From positions 36,552 through 100,551 of the forward strand of contig JBMDXQ010000104.1 in assembly GCA_048594975.1 (NCBI GenBank): 64,000 bases of DNA, written 5' to 3'. The stretch's first letter is position 1. Each line of letters opens with the position of its first letter. The position numbers were made by a program, and so were the translations under genes. Source of the stretch: Vicinamibacterales bacterium (lineage in GTDB: Bacteria > Acidobacteriota > Vicinamibacteria > Vicinamibacterales > 2-12-FULL-66-21). Positions 1 to 8,139 of the stretch are shown here, piece after piece. Below the pieces are notes generated by a model that was not told where the DNA came from, did not search any database, and saw only the letters and a list, made by a program, of their open reading frames with translations.

Positions 1-1704
1 CTTGACGCCGCCGGTCGAGGCGTCGGGCGCCTGGCTGACATCGAATACGTCGCCGTCCAGATCGTCCAGCCGGCAGACGACCGGGATCCGCTCCGCGGGG
101 ATGGTACCGGAGCGATCGAGCTCCACGACCACTTCACCCTGGAAGACGACCGCCGAGGCACCGAACAACGCGTCGAACACCCCCTGGAAATCCCTCATCG
201 GCAGCGTCACCGCGTCGAGGATGCTGCTTCTCAGATCGATAGTGGCACCGCCGCGCTCCTGGAGCTGTGGCCCCGCGTCCCCCCGGGGCAGGTTCATGAA
301 CAAGCGCGCCGAGTCGTACAGGAGGGGCTCGAACTCGATGACCCGATCCTCGGCCGAGAGCTCCGGCAGCCGTCGCTTCAGCTCGGCCGCCGTCGCCTGC
401 AGACGCTGCGTGTCCGTGACCGGCGCGGCCACGTACTCCAGCGTCACCGGCATGGTGTCCGCCGGCGCATCCGGGTTGGGGAACCGCACGGTGATCTGCG
501 GACCCCGCGGGATTTCCGGCTTGCGCCGGACCTTGAACGCGTCCGGCAGGAAGTAGAAGCGGTGCGGCGTCAGCGTCTGCTGGTAATAGCTGTGGCTGCG
601 CTGCTGCCAGACGACCTGGTGAGGCTTCAGCCCGACCTGCGCGCCGCCACCGGTGACGAGGCCGCCAAAGATGTACGGATGCAGGTCCTTCGGAAAAACG
701 AACGGCTGCGGCCCCACCGTCCACTCGAGCGCCGGTTGCGAGGGCCTGTAGAACGTTTGCTGGCGAATGGCCGCAAGCTGCGCGTTCGTCTGGTCGAGCG
801 CCCGCCTCTTTTGTATGCGCTGCCGCTGAAGGGCGTTCAACTGCGCCTGGACGGCGTTGAACCGCTGGCGTGCCTCGGGACGCGTGCGCGCGAGCCGCTG
901 CAGCTGTGCGCGCTGCACGCCAAGCGGCGCGATCTGCCGATCGAGGGCCGCGATTTCCTGCGTCAGCCTCTGCGCCTGCGTGCTGAGCTGCCGCACCTGG
1001 GGAGTGCTGTCAGCTGGAACGGGCAGGCCGACGGAGAACGAACGCAGGATGGTCAACGACGCCGAGAACGGTGTGTCCGTGAGGACCTGGAAGATCTGCG
1101 TGACCTGCGCCAGGCTGTCCAGCCTGAGCACCGCCTTGGCGAGCGGCCCCTCGAAGGTGACTTCCTGGAACGCGAGATCCTGCTGGACCTGCGACGTGCC
1201 CACCGGAACGCGCGTCTTCAACGTCACGCCGATGCTGTGCGGGACCTCGGCGGCCGTCCTCGCCGGCGTGGCCAGCGCCGGCGCCGGGAACTTCTCGAGG
1301 AAGATGGTCAGCCGGCCGCCTTGCTCCAGCTGCTCGAGGCGAACCCGGAACTGCGGCTTCCCGGACACCACTTCCTCCGCCACGCGGTAGCGCGGCAGGT
1401 AGAACTTCGACTGTGCGTTTCGCGCGTCCTCGAACAGCGTCTCGTCGCTTGCCGTGGGTGCTGGAGAGACCGGGCCGGTGATCTGATCGCGCGGGACCGG
1501 CGGGCGCATCGCGATGACGCGCCCGATGATCGGCGAGATCGGCCGGACGACGGTGATTCGGCCGGTCATCCTGCCGATCGGCGCGGGCTGCGCCGCGACG
1601 ACCGCGGCCTCCCCGGATCCGCCGTGCGGCACCGCGAACAGCGGCGGAGTCGTCAGGACAGCGACAGCCTGCCCTCCGACGACCGATTCATCAGTCCCGG
1701 GCAC
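1..1704 (-). CDS. Large uncharacterised protein, N-terminal ~568 codons; continues beyond the left edge
   Basis: Not in the ORF track because no stop lies inside the window. My translation of the minus strand, with codons occupying 1-3, 4-6 and so on, is open from 1896 down to 1. G/C-ending codons dominate from about 1750 downward. Candidate GTG start at 1704 has AGGAGGG 5 nt upstream (plus 1709-1715); alternative ATG at 1569. The sequence contains ETLFEDARNAQSKFYLPRYRV, a Gln/Arg/Leu-rich coiled-coil-like stretch (LTQEIAALDRQIAPLGVQRAQLQRL...LNALQRQRIQKRRALDQTNAQLAAIRQQ) and HRFYFLPDAFKV. No family recognised. Confidence 0.6.
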   Translation of the reverse strand, partial: MPGTDESVVGGQAVAVLTTPPLFAVPHGGSGEAAVVAAQPAPIGRMTGRITVVRPISPIIGRVIAMRPPVPRDQITGPVSPAPTASDETLFEDARNAQSKFYLPRYRVAEEVVSGKPQFRVRLEQLEQGGRLTIFLEKFPAPALATPARTAAEVPHSIGVTLKTRVPVGTSQVQQDLAFQEVTFEGPLAKAVLRLDSLAQVTQIFQVLTDTPFSASLTILRSFSVGLPVPADSTPQVRQLSTQAQRLTQEIAALDRQIAPLGVQRAQLQRLARTRPEARQRFNAVQAQLNALQRQRIQKRRALDQTNAQLAAIRQQTFYRPSQPALEWTVGPQPFVFPKDLHPYIFGGLVTGGGAQVGLKPHQVVWQQRSHSYYQQTLTPHRFYFLPDAFKVRRKPEIPRGPQITVRFPNPDAPADTMPVTLEYVAAPVTDTQRLQATAAELKRRLPELSAEDRVIEFEPLLYDSARLFMNLPRGDAGPQLQERGGATIDLRSSILDAVTLPMRDFQGVFDALFGASAVVFQGEVVVELDRSGTIPAERIPVVCRLDDLDGDVFDVSQAPDASTGGVK

Positions 1705-2156
1705 GATGCCCTCCTGCGCAGCGGCGAACCGGTGTGCGATCGTGAGCCGACGAGGAAGGCCGACGTGCAGGACAGGCCATGAGGATGCCGCCGCAGATGA
1801 GTTGGTCCACCATTGTCGCCCTGGAATGTGCGCCGCGGGGGCTGCGATGATAAGTGGCCGAGCTTGTGCGATCAAGCTCTTTCTCGATCCCATACCTCAG
1901 CCATGCGTGCGTTCGTATGTACGGGTACCCCATGAACGCGCCGGAGCCGGCAATCGAACACGCACGTGTGCGCGGCGCGTCGCGAGGCGCTCGTTCGTTC
2001 CGCCACGGTGAGACGCTCGGGAGTAGGAAACGCGCGTCCGCGTCGAAGGCAGCCCGTGCGTTTGGTGTATAAGAGTGGCGGACTCCCGCTGGCGTCTGCG
2101 AAAGCGCCCGGCCATCCCGTCGAACCATCGTCCTCGAGAGAAAAGGAGAAGCGCTC

Positions 2157-2291
2157 ATGGGCTACTTCGAACAGAACCCCCTGGCTCTCATCGTGGCGGT
2201 CATTCTCACCGTCGAGGGATGGAATGCGTTCAAGGCCATGGTGAAGAAGACCCTGCTCGACCGGCGCGTTCGCGACCAACGCCTGCCCTGA
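2157..2291 (+). CDS. Small single-pass membrane protein (44 aa), holin-like topology
   Basis: Below the ORF-track length cutoff. ATG at 2157 is preceded by AAGGAG about 8 nt upstream. Translation is MGYFEQNPLALIVAVILTVEGWNAFKAMVKKTLLDRRVRDQRLP. It has one hydrophobic helix followed by a Lys/Arg-rich tail, and mostly G/C-ending codons. It lies 86 nt upstream of the amidase gene on the same strand. Confidence 0.45.
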   Translation: MGYFEQNPLALIVAVILTVEGWNAFKAMVKKTLLDRRVRDQRLP

Positions 2292-2377
2292 TTCCGGCCA
2301 GGGTCTGCAACTGCAGGGGCCACGGCGCGCCCGCCGTGCCGTGGTGAGTTTTCTCCGTCCCATGAGCTGGAGGTGTG

Positions 2378-3229
2378 ATGGCCAGGTGTCCCTTCGCAGC
2401 GTTCGAAGAGATCACGGGGCCGGTCGGCGCGTTCTCGGCCGGCCCGTTCAGGATCGTTCACCACACGACCGAGGGCAGCTCGTACGCCGGCGCGAAGGCC
2501 GCCTACCGGCGGGCCCGCTCGGATCCGCATTTCACTGTCGCCGGCGACCAGGTCTTCCAGCACATCGACACCAGCATGTCCGCGCGGGCGCTGCGCAACT
2601 CGCCCGGCGGCGTGGAGACGAACCGGCACTCCGCCATTCAGATCGAGGTGGTGGGTTTCGCGGGGCGTGCCAAGGATGTGGCGACGCTCACGACGGTCGC
2701 GCGGCTGTGCCGCTGGATCGAGTCCGAACACGGCGTGCCGCAGCATTGGCCGAACGGCCGTCCGAGGACGGCGGTCAACGGTCGCGATCCCGGTGGGCAC
2801 AATCGGTCGGCGGAGGCCTGGAGGCGGGAGGGCGGGCATTACGGGCACAGCCAGGTGCCCGAGAACACTCACTGGGATCCGGCCTACAGCGGCGCCGAGC
2901 TCGCGATCGTGACGCCGCAAGCGGTGTTCGACGCGCACGAGGAACTGGCGGCTCCGGCGGAGCTCGCGGAGGCCCCCGGGATCGAGACCGCGCCGCTGTC
3001 CACGGAGGCGGAAGCCATCGTGCACCGGGTGCTCAGCGAGTTGGCCGTTGCAGCGCCGACCGCCGTGTCCGGCACCGTGTCGCGCGTGACGGTACGCGTC
3101 AGGGCGGGGGACGTTGACGTGCGGGTGACGGTGGAAGGTGAGCCGCGCGCCGACGCCGATACCGAGTCGCCGCGCCGATCGACGGCGCCGAGGTCGCGCC
3201 GGCCTCGCGCCCGTACGCGGCATCGGTGA
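2378..3229 (+). CDS. N-acetylmuramoyl-L-alanine amidase domain protein (Amidase_2/PGRP type), no signal peptide
   Basis: ORF track gives 2375..3229. ATG at 2378 has GGAGG (2369-2373) 4 nt upstream. The N-terminal ~170 aa resemble the Amidase_2/PGRP fold (RIVHHTTEG, IQIEVVG, GHYGHSQVPENTHWDP). No signal peptide or TM helix. A ~110 aa Ala/Glu/Val-rich C-terminal extension ends in an Arg-rich tail. Confidence 0.8.
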   Translation: MARCPFAAFEEITGPVGAFSAGPFRIVHHTTEGSSYAGAKAAYRRARSDPHFTVAGDQVFQHIDTSMSARALRNSPGGVETNRHSAIQIEVVGFAGRAKDVATLTTVARLCRWIESEHGVPQHWPNGRPRTAVNGRDPGGHNRSAEAWRREGGHYGHSQVPENTHWDPAYSGAELAIVTPQAVFDAHEELAAPAELAEAPGIETAPLSTEAEAIVHRVLSELAVAAPTAVSGTVSRVTVRVRAGDVDVRVTVEGEPRADADTESPRRSTAPRSRRPRARTRHR

Positions 3230-3239
3230 GTGGCCTGAA

Positions 3240-4613
3240 TCAGACAGCCGGCTTTCTCGCTCTTACCACCAGTCCCGCGACCGGCGCACCTGCCTCCATG
3301 CGGAGCTCGGCATGCCGGATTCGCGGCTCCAGTCCGGCTGCCACGAGCAGGCACTCCACGTAGGTCTGCGCATGGCTGTAGCGGCCATGCGCTTCCAGCC
3401 GGTAATCGACGCCGCCGTCTGCGGCCTCTTCAACGGTGAAGACGATGAGGCCGTCCGGCCGCAGCGCGCGCCCCGCCGCATCGATCGCTGTTTCGAGCGC
3501 TCCGAAGTACACGAGCGTATCGGCAGAGACGATCAGGTGGAACGCGTCCCGGTTGTTCTGCAGGTACTCCGTCAGCTCGGACTTGATCAGCACGTCGTAG
3601 ACGCCCTTCTCACGCGCCTGGGCCAGCATGCCCGCCGAGAGATCGACGCCGGTCAATCGCCGCGCGTACGGCGCCACGAGCGGGCCGCAGAGTCCCGTTC
3701 CGCACCCGGCATCGAGCACGTCGAGAGACCTGGCTGCCCGCAGGCCGGCGTCCTCCAGCATGGCCGCCACCAGCGCCGGCGCGCGGTACGAGAGCCGCTG
3801 CAGCTTCGACTCGAAGCTTGAAGCGAAGCCGTCGAAAGTGCGCTCGACGAACGCGTCGGAGGCGCGTGGCGGAACGCCCCGCCCGGTGCACGCCGCCAGC
3901 ATGTGCCGGGCGATCGGATCTTCGGGGTCGTCGGCGAGCCACTCGTGGAGGATGGCAACTGCCGCATCGATTTCGCCCAGGGTGGCATGCGCGATCGCCA
4001 GCAGCCGCCGCGCCTCCGGGTGCTTCGGGCGCAGGGTGATCGCCTTGCAGTAGCATGCGGCCGCTTCCTTGGTGCGGTTCAGCGCGTTCAGGAGGACGCC
4101 GAGGTTGGTGTAGGCGTCGACGTGCGACGGGTTCAGCTCGATCGCCTTCCTGTACGCCGCCTCGGCCGCAGCGGGATTTCCGGCTGCCCGCAACACCACG
4201 CCCAGGTTGCTGAAGGCGTTCGCGTGCGCGGGATCGATCGCGATCGCGCGGCGGTAGGCGGCGGCCGCCTCCTCGATCCGTCCGAGGGCCTGGTAGACGA
4301 TGCCGAGATTGCTGTGCCAGTCGGCGACCCCGGGTTCGAGCGCGACGCTTCGCTCGATCAGCCGCAGCGCCTCGCCGTCCTGGTGCAGCTGGTGGGCGAG
4401 GACGCCGGAGAAGTGCAGTGCCTGCGGGTGGTCCGGCTGGACCTCCAGCACGCGGCGGTACAGCTCCTGCGCGGGCGTGAACCGCTCGCCCCTCTGCAGG
4501 AGGATCGCGAACTGCACCGCTTCGTCCAGGGTCAGCTCCGTGGTCAGATCTTGTTTCTTGCAGGAATGACCTCCGAAGAGGACGTCGTCTCGATCGTCGG
4601 CGCCAGATGACAT
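3240..4613 (-). CDS. TPR-repeat protein fused to a class I SAM-dependent methyltransferase
   Basis: This is the C-terminal 457 aa of track ORF 3240..5141. The upstream part of that ORF overlaps hcp in another frame and is Arg-rich nonsense. ATG at 4613 (MSSGADDRDD) lies 30 nt after the hcp stop. Repeated TPR signatures are present (AYRRAIAIDPAHANAFSNLG, AYRKAIELNPSHVDAYTNLG). SAM motif I is VLDAGCGTGL. Confidence 0.8.
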   Translation of the reverse strand: MSSGADDRDDVLFGGHSCKKQDLTTELTLDEAVQFAILLQRGERFTPAQELYRRVLEVQPDHPQALHFSGVLAHQLHQDGEALRLIERSVALEPGVADWHSNLGIVYQALGRIEEAAAAYRRAIAIDPAHANAFSNLGVVLRAAGNPAAAEAAYRKAIELNPSHVDAYTNLGVLLNALNRTKEAAACYCKAITLRPKHPEARRLLAIAHATLGEIDAAVAILHEWLADDPEDPIARHMLAACTGRGVPPRASDAFVERTFDGFASSFESKLQRLSYRAPALVAAMLEDAGLRAARSLDVLDAGCGTGLCGPLVAPYARRLTGVDLSAGMLAQAREKGVYDVLIKSELTEYLQNNRDAFHLIVSADTLVYFGALETAIDAAGRALRPDGLIVFTVEEAADGGVDYRLEAHGRYSHAQTYVECLLVAAGLEPRIRHAELRMEAGAPVAGLVVRARKPAV

Positions 4614-4642
4614 TCCTGCAATAAACAAGATCTGACCCCGCG

Positions 4643-5122
4643 TCAGAACGTCTTGTTCGTCTTGATGTCGTACTTGAAGAACACGCCGGCGTCGAGCGAA
4701 CCATCCGCCTTCACCGGTTTGTACTCGAGCTCCACCTTCGAGAAGTTCAGCGTCACGCTCTCGGACCCGGGCTGGCCGCTGCTCGTCCCATCGACGACCG
4801 AGCTGACCAGCACGTCCTCCATTTTGATGGTGAGGTAATCCTGCTGAGTTCCGCCCGCCTTCCGGACCGTGATGCGCGCCGACGGCAGGTGCTTGCCGGT
4901 TGCACAGGCCTTCATCAGTCCCGCCGACGCCTTGTCGATGGCGTGCACGAACGAGAAATCCTGGAACGTCGCCTTGCCGGCGACGCCGCCACCGCTCACG
5001 GCGGCGCTTCCGCTGTTGGCGACGCCCCATGAGAACGAGAGCACCTCGATCTCGCCCTTGTGCTTGGCGTCGAGCGATTCCCCTTTGATGTCTCCGATCT
5101 TCGCGAAGATGTCGACTGCCAT
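4643..5122 (-). CDS. hcp: Type VI secretion tube protein Hcp (TssD), Hcp1 family
   Basis: 159 aa. MAVDIFAKIGDIKGESLDAKHKGEIEVLSFSWG ... ITVRKAGG ... VTLNFSKVELEYKP aligns along its whole length with my memory of Hcp1 (MAVDMFIKIGDVKGES..H.EEIDVLAWSWG ... LTIRKAGG). Confidence 0.9.
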   Translation of the reverse strand: MAVDIFAKIGDIKGESLDAKHKGEIEVLSFSWGVANSGSAAVSGGGVAGKATFQDFSFVHAIDKASAGLMKACATGKHLPSARITVRKAGGTQQDYLTIKMEDVLVSSVVDGTSSGQPGSESVTLNFSKVELEYKPVKADGSLDAGVFFKYDIKTNKTF

Positions 5123-5278
5123 TCGAGCACTCCTGATTCATCGACGAACGGCGACGGATCTACCCGGCGTGACCCTTCCGGATCGACCTCCGCTCGCGGG
5201 GTTGGTGGCTTGAAGAAGCCGCCTTTCCGAGCGCATGCCCTGCGATGCGAGGCAGCGTGGCCGCGGATTGGCCTCGCG

Positions 5279-6703
5279 TCACAGCGTCTTGAGGAACTCG
5301 ATGAGCGCCTGCTTCTCGGCGGCGCTCAGCTCGACGCCGTACAGGTGACCGCCGTTGCCGTTGCCGGGCCGGGCTGTGTCGTACATCGCGCCCATCTGCG
5401 CCGCGATCTCCCCGGAAGAGACGAAGCCCACGTGCTGCGGGTCGTAGACGTCGTACCCGCGGTAGAAACGCGGCGTTCGGTTCGCTGCCCGCTCGAGCAG
5501 GTCGTGCAGTGTCGGCACTGACCCGTTGTGCAGGAATGGGGCGCGCAGCCAGATGCCGTCGAGCGGCACGGCCACGTAGCCGTTCGTCTTGCGGAACGCA
5601 CCGAAGTCCCACGGGTAGCGGTCGGCAAAAGCGTTGTAGGCATTTGCGGCCGCTGCGGTCCACATATCCAGGCGATGCCGATCAGTGCCGACCTCGTCCA
5701 CGGGTATGACCGAGCCGGTCCGCGATCCGCCCGGGGCATGGCACTGCGCGCACTGCCCTTCGAAGACGGGCCGGCCGCGCGCCGCCAGGGCACGGTCGAT
5801 CTCGAACGGGTAGGGGGCCGGCGGCACGCCGAGGAGCCATTTTTCGACGCGTTCCAGGTTGGAGAGCGCGATCGACTTGCGGCTCGCGCCGTCGCCGATG
5901 GCGCTGCTCAGGACCGACTCGCGCAGCGACGTGGTCAGGCCATCCCAGTGGAGCGACATGCCCGCGCGCGCCTTCATGTTCCAGATCGGCACCATGTCCG
6001 AGTTGCCGACCGTCGTGTCCACCGGCTGTTTGAGGATGCGGAACTTCACCGGGTTGAACGGGTCGATGCGTCCCGGGCCCCAGTCTGGGTTGCGGTCCAT
6101 CCAGGCGTACTCGCGCTTCTGCCGTAGCAGTGCCTTCCGCGTCCCCGGGATGAACAGGTAGCGGTACCGCATCCGCTCGGCCCACGAGAGGCGCGTGATC
6201 CTGGAGATGGCCGGCAGGAGCGTGTCCCCGTCGAACCGCGGATCCTCGGCTGCGGCCTGCAGGAACCGAACGTAGGCCTGCGGGTTGATCAGGTGCCCGG
6301 GCCCGGCGGCGACGAGCCGCCTGGCCCCCCCTGGCTCGGTCCTGAACGCTGCCGTGTGGCAGAACGCGCAGTTGATCGCTACGCGCGGCCCCCCGGGGAG
6401 GTTCGCCTTCGCGAAGCCGACCGGCAGCTCGCGCCCCGGCTCCCAGACGAACCCGAAGGCGCTGTAGCCGCCGGGCCGCGGCAGCTTGTCGGCGAACACC
6501 CGCGGGAGCACCTGCCAGATCCAGTAGGGGATGCCCTCTTCGGACTCGATGCCGACCGAACCGTACTTGAACTGCTCCTCGGGATCCTCGAACACCGGCG
6601 CCCCGGACGATCCGCGGCCGCGGGCGGCGCAGGCGACCAGCAGCACGCACCACAGCGCGGCGATCAGGCGGACGGCGGCGGAAGGCGAGCTCGTCATCGG
6701 CAT
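5279..6703 (-). CDS. Secreted di-haem c-type cytochrome, CCP/MauG-like C-terminal half (paralogue 1)
   Basis: Signal peptide MPMTSSPSAAVRLIAALWCVLLVACAA. Two CxxCH motifs (CAFCH, CAQCH). IPYWIW motif. LRAPFLHNGSVPTL follows haem 2. C-terminus is ALIEFLKTL. Full-length similarity to 6711..8126. Confidence 0.8.
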   Translation of the reverse strand: MPMTSSPSAAVRLIAALWCVLLVACAARGRGSSGAPVFEDPEEQFKYGSVGIESEEGIPYWIWQVLPRVFADKLPRPGGYSAFGFVWEPGRELPVGFAKANLPGGPRVAINCAFCHTAAFRTEPGGARRLVAAGPGHLINPQAYVRFLQAAAEDPRFDGDTLLPAISRITRLSWAERMRYRYLFIPGTRKALLRQKREYAWMDRNPDWGPGRIDPFNPVKFRILKQPVDTTVGNSDMVPIWNMKARAGMSLHWDGLTTSLRESVLSSAIGDGASRKSIALSNLERVEKWLLGVPPAPYPFEIDRALAARGRPVFEGQCAQCHAPGGSRTGSVIPVDEVGTDRHRLDMWTAAAANAYNAFADRYPWDFGAFRKTNGYVAVPLDGIWLRAPFLHNGSVPTLHDLLERAANRTPRFYRGYDVYDPQHVGFVSSGEIAAQMGAMYDTARPGNGNGGHLYGVELSAAEKQALIEFLKTL

Positions 6704-6710
6704 CCGCGCG

Positions 6711-8126
6711 TCACAGGGTCTTGAGGTACTCGAGGAGCGCGAGGCGCTGCGCGGCCGGCAGCGTGCTGCCGTAGACGTGGCCGGCGTTGCCGTTGCCCTT
6801 CACCGTCGTGTCGAAGGGGACGCCTTCGCCCTCGGCCTGCGGTCCGCTCGAGACGAACCCGACGTTCTCCCAGTCATAGACGTCGTAACCGCGGAAGAAG
6901 GTGCGCGGGCGTTCCTCGGGGAAGAGCAGCGCGCGCAGCGTCGGCACGGACCCGTTGTGCAGGTACGGCGCGCGCAGCCACAGGCCGTCGAGCGGCATGT
7001 TGGCGTAGCCGTTCGTCTTGCGGAACCGCTTGAACTGCCACGGCCGGCCGCGGCCGATGGTGTTCATGCGCGGCGCGAGCTCCGCCGTGAACGAGCGCAG
7101 CCGCTCCGAGTCGGTGCCGACCTCGGCGATCTCGGTGACCTGGCCGACGCTTGGCCCGCCGACCGCGTGGCAGCCCGCGCAGGCCTGGTCGTAGACGCGC
7201 CGCCCCTCCTCGGCCTTCGAGCGGTCCACACGGGCGGCGGGGTACTGCGGCGGCTTCAAGTCGAGGATCCACTCCTCGATGCGCGCCATGGACGCGAGGT
7301 CGAGCGAGTCGGCCGTAGCCCCGGCGCCGATCGCTGCGCTCTTGTTCCGCTCCTCGACCGAGTCGTTGTTGCCGTCCCAGTGCAGCCACATGCCGCGGCG
7401 CATCCGCTGGTTCCAGAGCGACGGCAGGTCGACGGTGCCGACGGTGTCGTCCATCGGCAGCCTGAGGAACACCTTGTAGGGATTGAACGTGTCCACCCGG
7501 CCGACGCCCTGCGGCGGGCGCGTGTCGAACCACGAGTTCTCCCGCGCGCGGTCCAGGATGCCGTCGCGCGTCGCGCCGACCACGAACAGCCGGTAGAGGA
7601 GGCGGTTGAACCACGAGATGCGCGCGTTCTCCTTGCGGATCGCCTCCATGATGGTGCCGTAGTTGAAGCGCGGATCGCGGGCGGCCGCGGTGAGGAAATT
7701 GGCGTACCCCTGCAGGTCCATCTGGTTGGCAGGCATGCCCGAGATGATCTGCCGCGCGCTGGTCGGCGTCTCGCGCAACGTGCCCACGTGGCACGTGGCG
7801 CAGTTCAGGCCGACGCGCGCGAATCGGCCCGGCTTGTAAGACGTGCCGATCGGCCGTCCGTGCGGCTTCCCGTCAGAGACGAACCCGATTCGCTCGTACC
7901 CGGTGCCGGGCCGTTTCGGCAACTTGTCTTCGAAGATCGTCGGCAGCACCCGCCAGATCCAGTAGGGCAGCCCGACCCGCTCCTCGGTGCCGATCGACCC
8001 GTAGCGGAAGTGATCGTCGATGTTCGGAAAGGACGCGGCGTCCTTCTCGGGCGCCTGCGCATGCAGCGAGGCAGCCAGCAGCAGCGACAGCGCCGCGAGA
8101 AGCAACAGGGGTGTGCGTCGGGGCAT
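6711..8126 (-). CDS. Secreted di-haem c-type cytochrome, CCP/MauG-like (paralogue 2)
   Basis: Signal peptide MPRRTPLLLLAALSLLLAASLHAQA. Two CxxCH motifs (CATCH, CAGCH). LPYWIW motif. LRAPYLHNGSVPTL present. C-terminus is ALLEYLKTL. Its stop lies 7 nt before the next gene's start. Confidence 0.8.
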   Translation of the reverse strand: MPRRTPLLLLAALSLLLAASLHAQAPEKDAASFPNIDDHFRYGSIGTEERVGLPYWIWRVLPTIFEDKLPKRPGTGYERIGFVSDGKPHGRPIGTSYKPGRFARVGLNCATCHVGTLRETPTSARQIISGMPANQMDLQGYANFLTAAARDPRFNYGTIMEAIRKENARISWFNRLLYRLFVVGATRDGILDRARENSWFDTRPPQGVGRVDTFNPYKVFLRLPMDDTVGTVDLPSLWNQRMRRGMWLHWDGNNDSVEERNKSAAIGAGATADSLDLASMARIEEWILDLKPPQYPAARVDRSKAEEGRRVYDQACAGCHAVGGPSVGQVTEIAEVGTDSERLRSFTAELAPRMNTIGRGRPWQFKRFRKTNGYANMPLDGLWLRAPYLHNGSVPTLRALLFPEERPRTFFRGYDVYDWENVGFVSSGPQAEGEGVPFDTTVKGNGNAGHVYGSTLPAAQRLALLEYLKTL

Positions 8127-8139
8127 CGGAAGCGCGGCC

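Noticed and set aside
1705-2156. Small ORFs in the 450-nt divergent spacer (for example 1854..2072, 1897..2115)
   Set aside because: They have no SD, mixed codon bias and Arg/Ser-rich translations. This is more likely a promoter or leader region.
3240-5141. 633-aa ORF that would fuse an N-terminal domain to the TPR-methyltransferase
   Set aside because: The first ~175 aa overlap the Hcp gene in another frame and read as Arg/Gly-rich nonsense. A proper ATG at 4613 lies 30 nt after the hcp stop.
5123-5278. Sigma-54 or other recognisable promoter upstream of hcp
   Set aside because: I checked GGCCACGCTGCCTCGCA and GGCATGCGCTCGG on the minus strand, and the GG-to-GC spacing is wrong in both. 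No convincing -35/-10 pair either.
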